This document shows positions 42,701 to 52,261 of a stretch of DNA of 64,000 nt, piece after piece (within the stretch, counting starts at the first letter, position 1; every line of letters begins with the position of its first letter). Under the pieces are notes generated by a model. That model worked only from the letters and a program-made list of their open reading frames with translations, made no database searches and was not told the DNA's origin. Position numbers and translations under genes: made by a program. The DNA is from Acidobacteriota bacterium (lineage in GTDB: Bacteria; Acidobacteriota; Vicinamibacteria; Vicinamibacterales; 2-12-FULL-66-21): NCBI GenBank assembly GCA_016184105.1, contig JACPDI010000029.1, positions 7,905 to 71,904 on the forward strand. Reading direction: 5' to 3'.

Positions 42701-42725
42701 ACTAGTGACCGCCGCTTCATCGTAA

Positions 42726-42734
42726 TGGTATAGT
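42726..42734 (+). promoter_or_regulatory. Extended -10 element (TGgTATAGT), 12 nt upstream of the ATG
   Basis: TGGTATAGT at 42726-42734, ATG at 42747, no SD between them. Confidence 0.35.
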
Positions 42735-42746
42735 CCGAGCACCCGC

Positions 42747-43442
42747 ATGGCCTTATTTGATCGGAAGGATCCGCACGAGGAACTCGTCGGATCGGATGCC
42801 GCCACTCGCGCGCTTTCGGTAACCGCCGTCGAGAACGATTTCGTCGAGGGGGTCTACGAGAAGCTCGCGAAGGTGTACGACTGGGTGTTCGGTCCTACAC
42901 TGCATCCCGGGCGCGTCAGGGCGCTCAAGCGGATGAGCATCGCGCCGGGCACCAGGGTGCTCGAGGTGGGCGTCGGCACGGGGATCAACCTGTCGATGTA
43001 CCCACGCGACTGCCAGGTGACCGGCATCGACTTTTCCGCGTCCATGCTCGAGAAGGCGCGCGAGCGGATGTGGAAGAAGGAGCTGTCGAACGTGCGGCTC
43101 CTCCAGATGGACGCTGCCGATCTCAAGTTCCCCGACAGCAGCTTCGACATCGTGTACGCGCCGTACCTGATCAGCGTGGTGCCGGACCCGGTGCAGGTCG
43201 CGCAGGAAATGCGCCGCGTGTGCCGGCCGGGCGGCCGGATTATCTTCCTGAACCACTTCCTGAGCCCGAATTTCCTGCTGTCGAGAGTCGAGCGGCTGAT
43301 CTCGCCGCTGACGATCCACATCGGATTCAAGTCGGACCTCGACCTGCCCGCGTTCCTCGCGCAGGCGGACCTCAAGCCAGTGACGATCGAGAAGGTGAAC
43401 GTGCCGAAGCTCTGGTCGCTGGTGACCTGCATCAAGGACTAG
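42747..43442 (+). CDS. Class I SAM-dependent methyltransferase
   Basis: SAM-binding motif VLEVGVGTGINL, and PGGRIIFLNH (post-II motif). Confidence 0.85.
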   Translation: MALFDRKDPHEELVGSDAATRALSVTAVENDFVEGVYEKLAKVYDWVFGPTLHPGRVRALKRMSIAPGTRVLEVGVGTGINLSMYPRDCQVTGIDFSASMLEKARERMWKKELSNVRLLQMDAADLKFPDSSFDIVYAPYLISVVPDPVQVAQEMRRVCRPGGRIIFLNHFLSPNFLLSRVERLISPLTIHIGFKSDLDLPAFLAQADLKPVTIEKVNVPKLWSLVTCIKD

Positions 43443-43492
43443 GCACGAGGCTGAAGGGAGGACCTCGTGTCTGCTGCGGCAGCCTCGTGCCT
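43441..43492. terminator. Stem-loop between convergent genes (13-bp outer stem, alternative 7-bp inner stem)
   Basis: aggcacgaggctg ... cagcctcgtgcct. The inner cacgagg can also pair with cctcgtg at 43463-69. Confidence 0.55.
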
Positions 43493-43501
43493 TGCGCCTG
43501 A

Positions 43502-44788
43502 TTAGAACGGCCTTTCCAGCGACTCGCTCTGCGGCGTGAAGAGCTCCGCGCCGGTTTCAGTGATCACCATGTCGTCCTCGACGCGGACGCCGAATTCCCC
43601 CCTGATGTAAATTCCCGGCTCGTTGCTGAACGTCATTCCCGGCTGGAGCGGCTGCGTGTTGCCGCGCACCAGGTACGGCCACTCGTGCCCGTCCATACCG
43701 AGCCCGTGCCCGAGGCGGTGGGTGAAGTACTTGTAGTCGGGGCCGAACGCGGCATTGGCGATGACCCTGCGCGCGGCCGCGTCCACCGCCTCACAGGGAA
43801 CGCCCGGTCGCGCGGCGCGCAGCGCGGCGTCCTGCGCCTGTCGATTGATGGCGAACACGCGCTTCATCTTGTCGCTCGGCGTGCCGAGCACGAACGTGCG
43901 GCTGATGTCGGACGCGTAGCCTTCCACGCTGCAGCCGCCGTCGATGAGCAGGATCGTTCCTTCCTTGATGACCTGCGGCTGGACGGAGCCATGCGGCAGC
44001 GCGGAGTACTCTCCGACCTGCATGCCGGCTCCGCCCTGGAACCCAAGCTGCGCGTGCGCGGCGGAGACGAGGCGTCCAAAGTCGGCCTGTGTCATGCCCA
44101 CCTGCAGCGATTCGTACGCCGCCTTGTAGGCGCGCAACGTCACGTCGGACGCCAGGCGCATCAGGGCGAGTTCGTGCGCGTCCTTCACCATGCGGCACCC
44201 GGCGGTGATTGGCGTGGCGCTGACCACCTTCAGGGCGGGGGCGGCGTGCGCCACCCCGGCGCTGAACACGAACGTCACGGTCTCTTCCACACCGAGCGTC
44301 CCGGTGAGGATGGCGCGCTTCTTCAGGCCCTGGGCCACGAGCGCGTAGGGGTTCTCGTGCTCGTGCCACGTCAACACGTCCGCGTTCGTCCCGAACGGGC
44401 CGAGGCCGAGCTGCTCGCGCGCGCGGTCCTCCTCGAACGCCGGGCAGACGACGAACGGATGGCCCGACCGCGGCACGACGAGGGCGAACAGGCGCTCCCC
44501 TCCGCTCCAGCGGACGCCGGTGAAGTACACGAGCGACGTGCCCTGGCAGAGCATGATGGCGTCGACCTTCTGTTCCGCCATCAAGCGCTGCGCCTTCTGG
44601 AGGCGCAGCAGGCGCTCGGGATTGGTGATGGGCTTCGCCAGGCTGCGCATGGATTTCAGCGCGGCGATCGGCGCAGGTCGATCCGCGGGCGGCACCTGCC
44701 CCTCGCCCCCGAGAGCGAAGGAGGGTCGCGACCACGCCGCAATGCCTGTCAGTGCAGACAGCCGGAGCAGAGATCGTCTGGTGAGCAT
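43502..44788 (-). CDS. Secreted M24-family peptidase (Xaa-Pro dipeptidase-like)
   Basis: Signal MLTRRSLLRLSALTGIAAWS at ATG 44788. M24 blocks LIDGGCSVEGYASDISRT, HRLGHGLGMDGHEWP, FSNEPGIY, VRVEDD. Confidence 0.85.
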   Translation of the reverse strand: MLTRRSLLRLSALTGIAAWSRPSFALGGEGQVPPADRPAPIAALKSMRSLAKPITNPERLLRLQKAQRLMAEQKVDAIMLCQGTSLVYFTGVRWSGGERLFALVVPRSGHPFVVCPAFEEDRAREQLGLGPFGTNADVLTWHEHENPYALVAQGLKKRAILTGTLGVEETVTFVFSAGVAHAAPALKVVSATPITAGCRMVKDAHELALMRLASDVTLRAYKAAYESLQVGMTQADFGRLVSAAHAQLGFQGGAGMQVGEYSALPHGSVQPQVIKEGTILLIDGGCSVEGYASDISRTFVLGTPSDKMKRVFAINRQAQDAALRAARPGVPCEAVDAAARRVIANAAFGPDYKYFTHRLGHGLGMDGHEWPYLVRGNTQPLQPGMTFSNEPGIYIRGEFGVRVEDDMVITETGAELFTPQSESLERPF

Positions 44789-44826
44789 GCGCGACAGGAT
44801 ATCGCAACAGCCACCTGGATGGGGGA

Positions 44827-45957
44827 TCAGGACAGCGCGGCTTCGATGCGCCGCGCCACGTGGTCCGCGCCATCGATGCGTCGCGGCCCGGCCGGCTTCG
44901 ATTGGGCGAGCGCCTTGTCGAGCGCCGCGCGCCAGCGCCCCGCGAAGAGGTCCGCCTGCTCGATGAACGCGCAGCGGAGGAACGCGGGCATTTCGCGCAC
45001 GAGGACGGGATACTCGCGGAATCGACCGCGCGAGGTGTACACGAGCGCGGTGTCGTTGGCGAGGCACTCCGAGATGATGCCAAACCCGGGCTTCGTGATG
45101 ACCACATCCGCCGCACGGACGAGATCCTCGTAGCGAAAACCGGAGCCGTAGATGGCCCGTTCCTGCAGCATGACGACCGGCGGTTCGGGGGAGCGGGCCG
45201 TTCCAGTCGAGGTCTCGGTGACCACGACGACGTACTCGTCGAGGCAATCGATCTGCGCCGGGGAAAGCCCGCGGAGGCCGTACCCGCCGAACGACGACAG
45301 CACGACGCTCCGGTCGAGCGGCAACCCGAACGCGCGCCGTGTCTCCTCCGGATCGCGCCGCGAAAAGCGCGCGACGAACGGCACGTCCTCCACGCGGCGG
45401 ATCGACTGGAACCCGCCGTGCATCGGCAGCCGCCACGCGCCGTGGGCGTGCGCATAGGCGCGCGCGACGGTATCGATCACTCCCGGCGCCAGCCGCTCCG
45501 TTTCGTCGTAGTCCTCGTAGATCCAGTCCCACGTGAAGTTGCCCAGCGCGAACGCCGGCACGCCGGCACGCGCCGCCGCGGCGAAGGCGAGCGGCGGGAT
45601 GTCGCCGACGATGAGCAGATCGGCGGACCTGGAAGGTCCGCCCCGGCGCAGCGACTCGAGCCAGCGGGCCTCACGTTCAACGCGCTCGTCGAACGTGGCG
45701 TAGAACGCCGCCGCGCGCCGCATGGTCTCCGCAATGTCGTGCGTCAGGCTGTCACGCTGGACGATGCCCGTGTCGGTCTCCGCGGAAACGAACTCGTGCG
45801 GCACGGTCAGGGTGAGATCGAACAGCCAGCGCGGGGCGCCGGTGCGCACGACGATGCGGGTGGACGGGTGCCGGGCGCCGTACGCGTTGATGACCTCGAT
45901 GTCGCGCGAGGCATGGCCGAAGCCATGCGCGGATATGTAGAAGACCAGGCCCGGCAC
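44827..45957 (-). CDS. GT-B-fold glycosyltransferase-like protein (MurG/UGT superfamily)
   Basis: LVFYISAHGFGHASRDIEVI near the N-terminus and VITKPGFGIISECLANDTALVY near the C-terminus. The GTG at 45957 is the only start codon downstream of the lon stop. Confidence 0.6.
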   Translation of the reverse strand: MPGLVFYISAHGFGHASRDIEVINAYGARHPSTRIVVRTGAPRWLFDLTLTVPHEFVSAETDTGIVQRDSLTHDIAETMRRAAAFYATFDERVEREARWLESLRRGGPSRSADLLIVGDIPPLAFAAAARAGVPAFALGNFTWDWIYEDYDETERLAPGVIDTVARAYAHAHGAWRLPMHGGFQSIRRVEDVPFVARFSRRDPEETRRAFGLPLDRSVVLSSFGGYGLRGLSPAQIDCLDEYVVVVTETSTGTARSPEPPVVMLQERAIYGSGFRYEDLVRAADVVITKPGFGIISECLANDTALVYTSRGRFREYPVLVREMPAFLRCAFIEQADLFAGRWRAALDKALAQSKPAGPRRIDGADHVARRIEAALS

Positions 45958-45965
45958 GTGTACTT

Positions 45966-48377
45966 CTACGGCGCAGGTGCCGGGGCCGGCAATGCGATGG
46001 GGAGGACCTCGTCGAGGGTGGAGACCGGCACGAAGCGCATCTCCTTCTTCACTTCGCCCGGCAATTCCTCGGTGTCCTGGAGGTTCTGCTGCGGCAGGAC
46101 GAAGATCTTGATGCCGTGGCGCCGGGCGGCAAGCGCCTTCTCGCGGATGCCGCCGACCGGCAGCACGAGGCCAGACAGGGTGATCTCGCCGGTCATCGCC
46201 ACGTCCTCCCGGACGGGTTCCTTGCGGATCGCCGAGACCATCGCCGTGGCCATGGTGACGCCTGCCGAAGGGCCGTCCTTCGGGATCGCGCCGGCGGGCA
46301 CGTGCACGTGCAGATCGTGGCCGTCGAGGAACTTCGCGTCGATGGCGAGCTTGTCCGCCTGCTCGCGGATGTGACTGAGCGCGGCGCGGGCGGACTCCTG
46401 CATCACGTTGCCGAGCTGTCCGGTGAGCGTCACGTTGCCGTGGCCCCCCGGGAGCAGCACCGCCTCGATGAAGAGCACGTCGCCCCCGGATTCGGTCCAC
46501 GCCACGCCGGTCGCCACGCCGGGCCGCGATGTGCGGAACGCCACGTCCGGCCTGAACGGCGGCGGGCCGAGGAACTTCGCCACTTCCTCCGCCTCGACGT
46601 TCTCCACGGTTTCCAGCGGATTGGCGGCGCCCGCGGCGCGGGCCGCGACCTTCCGCGCGATCGTTCCGAGCTGCCGCTCCAGCGTACGCACCCCCGCCTC
46701 GCGCGTCCACTCGGTGATCACGCGGGTCAGCGCCGCGTCGTCGATCTCGAGCTGGTGCGGCTTCAGCCCGTTCTCGGCGATCTGGCGCGGCAGCAGGTAG
46801 CGCCGCGCGATGTGCCGCTTCTCCTCCTCGGAGTAGCCGGAGAGCGAGATCATCTCCATGCGGTCGAGCAGCGCGGGGTGGACCGTGCCGAGCTGGTTGG
46901 CCGTGGCGATGAACAGCACGCGCGAGAGATCGAGCGGGATCTCGAGATAGTGGTCGCGGAACGCGTGGTTCTGCGCCGGGTCGAGCACCTCGAGCAGCGC
47001 CGCGGCGGGATCCCCCTGGATGCCGACGCTGATCTTGTCGATCTCGTCCAGCATGAACACCGGGTTGCTCGCGCCCGCCTGCTTCATGGCCTGCGCCAGC
47101 CGGCCGGGCATCGCGCCGATGTAGGTCCGCCGGTGCCCGCGGATCTCCGCTTCATCGCGCACGCCGCCCAGCGAGATGCGGACGAACGTGCGGTTCATCG
47201 CGCGCGCGATGGACTGGCCGAGCGACGTCTTTCCCACCCCCGGCGGCCCGACGAAGCAGAGGATTGGCCCCTTGATGGTCACCGCCTGGCCCTCGGCGGC
47301 CTGGGCGGACTTGAGCTTCTGCACCGCCAGGTACTCGACGATGCGCTCCTTGACCTTGTCGAGATCGTAGTGGTCCTCGTCGAGCACGCGCCGCGCTTCG
47401 ATGGGGTCGAGCCGGTCTTCCGTGGTCTTCGCCCACGGGATCTCCAGCACCCAGTCGAGGTACGTGCGGATCATCTGGTACTCGGGAGACGCCGGGGTCA
47501 TCCGCTCCAGGCGATCGGCCTCGCGCGTGGCCACGGCGGCGACCTGTTCCGGCAGGCCCGCCTTCGCGATCGTGTCGCGTACTTCCTGCACTTCGCTGTC
47601 GGTCTCGCCCAGCTCCTGCTGGATGGCCTTGAGCTGCTGGCGCAGCACGTACTGGCGCTGCGATTCGCTGATCTCCTTCTCGGCTTTCGACTCGATGCGC
47701 CCCTTCAGCTCGAGGATGTCGATCTCGCGCGAGAGCGCGCCGGCCACCGCCGTCAGCTTCACCGAGAGATCGTTCTCCTCGAGCAGCCGCTGCTTGTCCT
47801 CCGGCTTCATGTCGAGCATGCTCGCGAGCAGGTACGCGATGCGCAGCGGATCGTCGATGGTCGTGACCAGCGCGCGCAGGTCCGGCGAGAGACCGGTGGC
47901 GAGCGACAGGGCGCGCTCGACCAGTTCCTGGATGCGGCGCACGTGCGCGTCGACCTCGAGGCTGCGCGTGGCCTGCTCGGGAAGCGGCCTGATGAGCGCC
48001 GTGATGCCCGTGCCGTCGGCAGCGCTGTTGAGGAACTCGGCGCTGGCGCGCGAGACCCCCTCGACCAGCACGCGCAGGCCGTTGGTGCCTTTCGCCATCT
48101 GGCGGACGATGCCGACCGTCCCCGTGCGCTTGAGGTCGTCCGGCCCGGGCTCTTCCTCTTCCCCCTCCTGCAGCAGGAGCAGCACCATGCGGTCCCCGGC
48201 GAGCGCGCGGTTGACCGCCTCCACCGAAACGGGGCGGCTGACGGCCAGCGGCGCGACGGTCATCGGGAACACGACGGAGCGGCGGAGCGGCAGCACCGGC
48301 AGCTCGGAGGGAAGCTGCGGCGCGCCGTTCTGCTGATCGGGCGAGGATTGATCGGTGCTGCGGCTGTTGTCGGGCAT
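45966..48377 (-). CDS. lon: ATP-dependent Lon protease (endopeptidase La)
   Basis: LON N-domain, Walker [14 protein letters not shown], and the proteolytic site [11 protein letters not shown] with a downstream Lys. Confidence 0.96.
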   Translation of the reverse strand: MPDNSRSTDQSSPDQQNGAPQLPSELPVLPLRRSVVFPMTVAPLAVSRPVSVEAVNRALAGDRMVLLLLQEGEEEEPGPDDLKRTGTVGIVRQMAKGTNGLRVLVEGVSRASAEFLNSAADGTGITALIRPLPEQATRSLEVDAHVRRIQELVERALSLATGLSPDLRALVTTIDDPLRIAYLLASMLDMKPEDKQRLLEENDLSVKLTAVAGALSREIDILELKGRIESKAEKEISESQRQYVLRQQLKAIQQELGETDSEVQEVRDTIAKAGLPEQVAAVATREADRLERMTPASPEYQMIRTYLDWVLEIPWAKTTEDRLDPIEARRVLDEDHYDLDKVKERIVEYLAVQKLKSAQAAEGQAVTIKGPILCFVGPPGVGKTSLGQSIARAMNRTFVRISLGGVRDEAEIRGHRRTYIGAMPGRLAQAMKQAGASNPVFMLDEIDKISVGIQGDPAAALLEVLDPAQNHAFRDHYLEIPLDLSRVLFIATANQLGTVHPALLDRMEMISLSGYSEEEKRHIARRYLLPRQIAENGLKPHQLEIDDAALTRVITEWTREAGVRTLERQLGTIARKVAARAAGAANPLETVENVEAEEVAKFLGPPPFRPDVAFRTSRPGVATGVAWTESGGDVLFIEAVLLPGGHGNVTLTGQLGNVMQESARAALSHIREQADKLAIDAKFLDGHDLHVHVPAGAIPKDGPSAGVTMATAMVSAIRKEPVREDVAMTGEITLSGLVLPVGGIREKALAARRHGIKIFVLPQQNLQDTEELPGEVKKEMRFVPVSTLDEVLPIALPAPAPAP

Positions 48378-48413
48378 GAGTTCTCGTTGCCAGCGCCCGC
48401 GGAACGGGCGCGG

Positions 48414-50138
48414 TCAGGGTTCGAGGTGCGCGGCCCGGGCGGACGGGCGGGGCTCGGCGTACGCCGGCAGCTCCGCATCGGTCGCCAGGCGCCAGGTCAC
48501 GCGGAACGCGAGCCGGGCGATCTTCTCCAGCTTCTCGAAATTGATCTTGCCCACGTCATCCTGCGGCGTGTGGTAGTCGGGATGCAGCCCGGTCGTGAAA
48601 AAGATCGCCGGGATCCTCTGCTGCAGGAACGGCCACTGGTCGCTCCGGCGAATGAGGTTCTGCGGTGAGACGTCGAGCACCTGCCTGATCGTCAGCCCCA
48701 CGGCCGCGTTTTCCTCGCGTACGAGCGCCGAGAACGCCGGGCTGTAGGAATAGCCGAGCAGGTGCACGGTGTTGGTGTTCTCGGCGGCGGTCGTCTTCGC
48801 GAGTCCCCTGAACCGGAAGTCCGTTGGATCCGGCACGTCCTCGTTGCGTCCGATCATGTCGAGGTTCACGTTGGCGACGAGGCGTCCGGCGGGCGCCGGA
48901 TGCTCGACGAAGTACTCGGATCCAAGAAACCCTTTTTCCTCGCCGTTCCAGAGCGCAAACACGACGGTGCGGGCCGGCCTGCGGCCGCCCCGCGCGGCGG
49001 CGGCAAAGGCCTCGGCGGCCTCGATCACGCCGACGGTGCCCGAGCCGTTGTCGTCCGCGCCGTTGTACACGCGCCCCTCCGCGTCCAGGCCGTCGTGATC
49101 CATGTGCGCGCCGACGACCACGATCTGCTGCTTCAGTTCGGGGTCCGTCCCTTCGACCATGCCGACCACGTTGTGGACGACGACGCGCTCGCGCGCGAGG
49201 TCGATCGACAGCCTGGCCTGGCGGCCGGCGACGGCAAACGAGGCTGGCGCGCTGATGGCGCCGTCGCCCGCGCGCTCCAGGACGTCGTCAATGGTCTTCT
49301 TCAACGCGGCGGCCTTGCGTTCCTCCGGCACCGCTTCGGAGGACAACAGCGCTTCGGCTGCGCCGGTGGAGATGACGGCGATCGGGAGGCTCTCACGATC
49401 GACGCGCCCCGCCATCTGGAAGTTCCGGCTCCTGACCGGCGGGTCCGCGGGCCAGACGCTCTTCACGTCGCGCATCCGCGCGCGCACGATGAGGAGTCCC
49501 GCGGCGCCGTGCGCTTTCGCGTTGGCGATCTTCGCTTCCGCGCCGGCGTGCGCGGTCGGCGCGCGGCCCAGGAACCGGCTGCGCTCGTCGTCGCTCTGCG
49601 GCTCGCCGTCGAAGACGACCACGAGCCGGCCGCGGGCGTCGATGCCGGCGTAGTCGTCGTAGCGGTGTTCCGGCGCGGTGATGCCGTAGCCCGCGAACAC
49701 GACGCCGGCGGAAACCGAGCGCGACGCCGACGCGGCGTGCGGGTAGAAATCGCCGCCCGCCACGTAGCACGTCGCCACCTCGGCCCGGTTGACCTGCTCG
49801 GAGGCCACCAGCTCGTTCATCTCGCCGAGCGTGCTGAAGTACAACTCGACCGGCTGCAGGTACGCCGCCCCCGCAGCGCGTCCGAGCTGCAGGCGCTCGA
49901 AGAGAGAGGCGAGGTACAGCTCCGCGACGTGATTGCCGGCGTGGCCCGTGCCGCGCCCCTGCAGTTCATCGCTCGCGAGGAAGCGGAGATGCGCGCGCAG
50001 GTCGCCGGCGTCGATCGTGTTCGCCGCCTGCTCGACCGCGTCGGGCAGCGCGCCACCCGTGTACGCCACCCCTGACAGCGCGGCCACGACTGCCGCGAAC
50101 ACCAGTTGCATCACCGGGGCGTGCATCCGCCTGCGCAT
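48414..50138 (-). CDS. M28-family aminopeptidase with a PA domain
   Basis: Signal peptide, LRFLASDELQGRGTG, HMDHDG, GADDNGSGT, NGEEKGFLGS. Confidence 0.85.
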   Translation of the reverse strand: MRRRMHAPVMQLVFAAVVAALSGVAYTGGALPDAVEQAANTIDAGDLRAHLRFLASDELQGRGTGHAGNHVAELYLASLFERLQLGRAAGAAYLQPVELYFSTLGEMNELVASEQVNRAEVATCYVAGGDFYPHAASASRSVSAGVVFAGYGITAPEHRYDDYAGIDARGRLVVVFDGEPQSDDERSRFLGRAPTAHAGAEAKIANAKAHGAAGLLIVRARMRDVKSVWPADPPVRSRNFQMAGRVDRESLPIAVISTGAAEALLSSEAVPEERKAAALKKTIDDVLERAGDGAISAPASFAVAGRQARLSIDLARERVVVHNVVGMVEGTDPELKQQIVVVGAHMDHDGLDAEGRVYNGADDNGSGTVGVIEAAEAFAAAARGGRRPARTVVFALWNGEEKGFLGSEYFVEHPAPAGRLVANVNLDMIGRNEDVPDPTDFRFRGLAKTTAAENTNTVHLLGYSYSPAFSALVREENAAVGLTIRQVLDVSPQNLIRRSDQWPFLQQRIPAIFFTTGLHPDYHTPQDDVGKINFEKLEKIARLAFRVTWRLATDAELPAYAEPRPSARAAHLEP

Positions 50139-50155
50139 GAGGGCAGTTTACTCCA

Positions 50156-50860
50156 TCAGTAGACGCCCGGCAGAAACCGCCACCGCACGCGGCGCTTGTA
50201 TTCGCGGTAGCTGTCGCCGAATGCCTGCTCGAGGGAGCGCTCCTCGAGCGGGATGGCGAGCGCGAGGTAGAGCGTGCTGATGAGCGCGAAGGTGAACCGG
50301 CTCGCCGTCATGTATGGCGCGCCGAAGACGAGCAGAACCCAGCCCAGGTAGACCGGGTGCCGAACGATCGTGTAGGGTCCGAGCACCTGCAGCGGGGCGA
50401 GCGATTTGGCGCGCCGCACGTGCTGCACCTGTCGAATGCCGGCAAGCTCGAGGGCGTCAAGCCTCGCCGAGGCGCGCAACGCCAGGCCGATGCCCGCCAC
50501 CTGCACGGCGTAGAGCGGCCACGCCCACGCGCCGCGCACCTCGTACATCACGCCGGGCACGGGACGCCACAGCGCGCACACGACGACGAAGAGCGCACTC
50601 GCGATCCAGACGTACAGCGACCGTTCACGTTCAGGGGGCAGCACGCGCGCGAGCGCCTGCTTCACGCCCGCCCGCGGCATGATGCTGTGGTGCGTCGCGA
50701 ATGCCAGGAACAGGGCGAGGTCGAGGGCGACCGGTGTGATCCAGTCGGTCCCCGCGGCGGGGCGGCCGAGGAGCACGAGATAGAAATAGAGGAAGTAGAG
50801 CAGCGAGGCAACGAACGCGGCGCCGCCGAGCCAGGCGGCCGCGACAATGGCGGAAGACAC
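50156..50860 (-). CDS. Membrane methyltransferase of the ICMT / phospholipid-methyltransferase / NnrU-like superfamily
   Basis: Multiple TM segments. GPYTIVRHPVYLGWVLLVFG and ...EERSLEQAFGDSYREY. TATAAT lies 10 nt upstream of the GTG at 50860. Confidence 0.72.
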   Translation of the reverse strand: MSSAIVAAAWLGGAAFVASLLYFLYFYLVLLGRPAAGTDWITPVALDLALFLAFATHHSIMPRAGVKQALARVLPPERERSLYVWIASALFVVVCALWRPVPGVMYEVRGAWAWPLYAVQVAGIGLALRASARLDALELAGIRQVQHVRRAKSLAPLQVLGPYTIVRHPVYLGWVLLVFGAPYMTASRFTFALISTLYLALAIPLEERSLEQAFGDSYREYKRRVRWRFLPGVY

Positions 50861-50870
50861 GTCGCGCCGT

Positions 50871-50876
50871 ATTATA
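50871..50876 (-). promoter_or_regulatory. Consensus -10 hexamer TATAAT, 10 nt upstream of the GTG at 50860
   Basis: The minus strand reads cctccTATAATacggcgcgacGTG. Confidence 0.35.
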
Positions 50877-50992
50877 GGAGGTATGCCGGAGACGGTCGGG
50901 CCTCCAGTCAGGCGCCGCAGGTGCTCGAACTGTCCTGCACCGCGCGGTCACTGAGCATCAACAGAGGCTGCTCGTGCGAAGGAGAGGGGTTC

Positions 50993-52261
50993 TTGCGTAT
51001 CGCCATCACCGGCATCGGTGTCGTCTCTCCGTTCGGCATCGGCAGGGAACGGTTCTGGACGCAGGTCAGCCGCGGCTGCAGCGGCGTGCGGCCGATTGAG
51101 GCGTTCGACGCGAGCGAGCTGCCCTGCAAGGTGGCTGCGCCTGTTCCCCCGCTGGATGTGACCGACGTGTTCCCGCCGGGGGGCAACGGCAATGGCGGGC
51201 CGTCCGGCGGCGTGTCCGGGAAGGCCGACCCCAAACGCTACGCGAAAGTGTCGCTCATCGCGGTGCTCGCCGCGCGTGAGGCCTGGTCCGACGCCGGGCT
51301 GCGCCTCGGCGAGCCCGGTGCGGGCGTCATCGTCGGCAGCGGGGCCGGCGGCATCGACATCGCCGAGCAACAGTATCGCGAGTTCTTCACCGCGTCCGGG
51401 CGGCGCGTCACGCCCTACGCGATCCCCGTGTCGATTGTCGGCATCGTCTCCAGCGAGATTTCGATCGCGCTCGGGCTGCACGGGATCAGCCACGTGCTGT
51501 CCACGGGCTGCACGAGCTCCACCGACGCGATTGGCTACGCGGCGTCGCTGCTTCGCGCCGGCGAGGCGGACGTGCTGCTGACGGGGGGCGCGGACGCGTG
51601 CGTGACCGCCGGGATGATCTTCGGGTTCTGCCGCATGCGCGCGGTGTCCACGCGGTACAACGACACCCCCGCCGAGGCGTCGCGCCCGTTCGATCGGGGG
51701 CGGGACGGATTCGTGCTGGGCGAGGGGGCCTGGATGCTCGCGCTCGAGCGCGAGGATCGCGCGCGCGCCCGCGGCGCGCGCGTGTACGCCACGGTTGATG
51801 GCTACGGCTCGACGTGCGACGCGTACCATCGCGTGCAGATGGACCCTGACGGCGAGCAGATCGTGCGCGCGATGCGGCTGGCGATCGAGCGGTCCGGCCG
51901 CGCGGCGGAGGAGATCGGCTACGTCAATTTCCACGGGACGTCCACGCAGCTCAACGACGCCGTCGAGTCGCGTTGCGTGCGGCGGGTGTTCGGCGCGCGC
52001 GCCGACGCGGTGCCGGGCTCGTCCACCAAGTCGATGATCGGGCATCCGCAGGGGGCGAGCGGCGCGGCCGGGATCGTCACAACGGCCCTCGCCCTGTCTC
52101 ATGGGTTCCTGCCGCCGACGATCAACCAGCGCGAGCCGGACCCGGAGTGCGACCTCGACGTGATCCCGAACGCGGGACGGCCGGGGCGTGTCGAAGCGGC
52201 GCTCTGCAACTGCCTCGGGTTCGGCTCGAAGAACAGCGCCATCGTGCTGGGACGCGGATGA
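50993..52261 (+). CDS. Beta-ketoacyl synthase (KAS I/II, FabF-like, Cys-His-His triad)
   Basis: IAITGIGVVSPFG, active-site STGCTSSTDAIG, HGTSTQLND, SMIGHPQGASG. TTG start at 50993 with GAAGGAGAGG upstream. The track ORF starts far upstream. Confidence 0.85.
   Translation: MRIAITGIGVVSPFGIGRERFWTQVSRGCSGVRPIEAFDASELPCKVAAPVPPLDVTDVFPPGGNGNGGPSGGVSGKADPKRYAKVSLIAVLAAREAWSDAGLRLGEPGAGVIVGSGAGGIDIAEQQYREFFTASGRRVTPYAIPVSIVGIVSSEISIALGLHGISHVLSTGCTSSTDAIGYAASLLRAGEADVLLTGGADACVTAGMIFGFCRMRAVSTRYNDTPAEASRPFDRGRDGFVLGEGAWMLALEREDRARARGARVYATVDGYGSTCDAYHRVQMDPDGEQIVRAMRLAIERSGRAAEEIGYVNFHGTSTQLNDAVESRCVRRVFGARADAVPGSSTKSMIGHPQGASGAAGIVTTALALSHGFLPPTINQREPDPECDLDVIPNAGRPGRVEAALCNCLGFGSKNSAIVLGRG

Noticed and set aside
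21857-43452. Recurring GGCACGAG motif (21857, 21870, 43442 and the core of array A) as a dispersed REP-like family
   Set aside because: An 8-mer in GC-rich DNA is expected several times by chance in 128 kb of two-strand sequence. There is no extended similarity around the copies.
48383-48401. Hairpin gcgcccg-cggaa-cgggcgc between the M28 peptidase and lon as a terminator
   Set aside because: The stem is only 7 bp with no U-tract in the transcribed (minus) direction. It could equally be part of the lon promoter region. It is too weak to call.
50883-50954. 23-codon ORF (MPETVGPPVRRRRCSNCPAPRGH) behind AGGAGG in the divergent region upstream of the KAS gene
   Set aside because: The Shine-Dalgarno sequence is only 1 nt from the ATG, which is too close. 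The same bases form the TATAAT promoter context of the opposite-strand gene. I have no supporting evidence of conservation.
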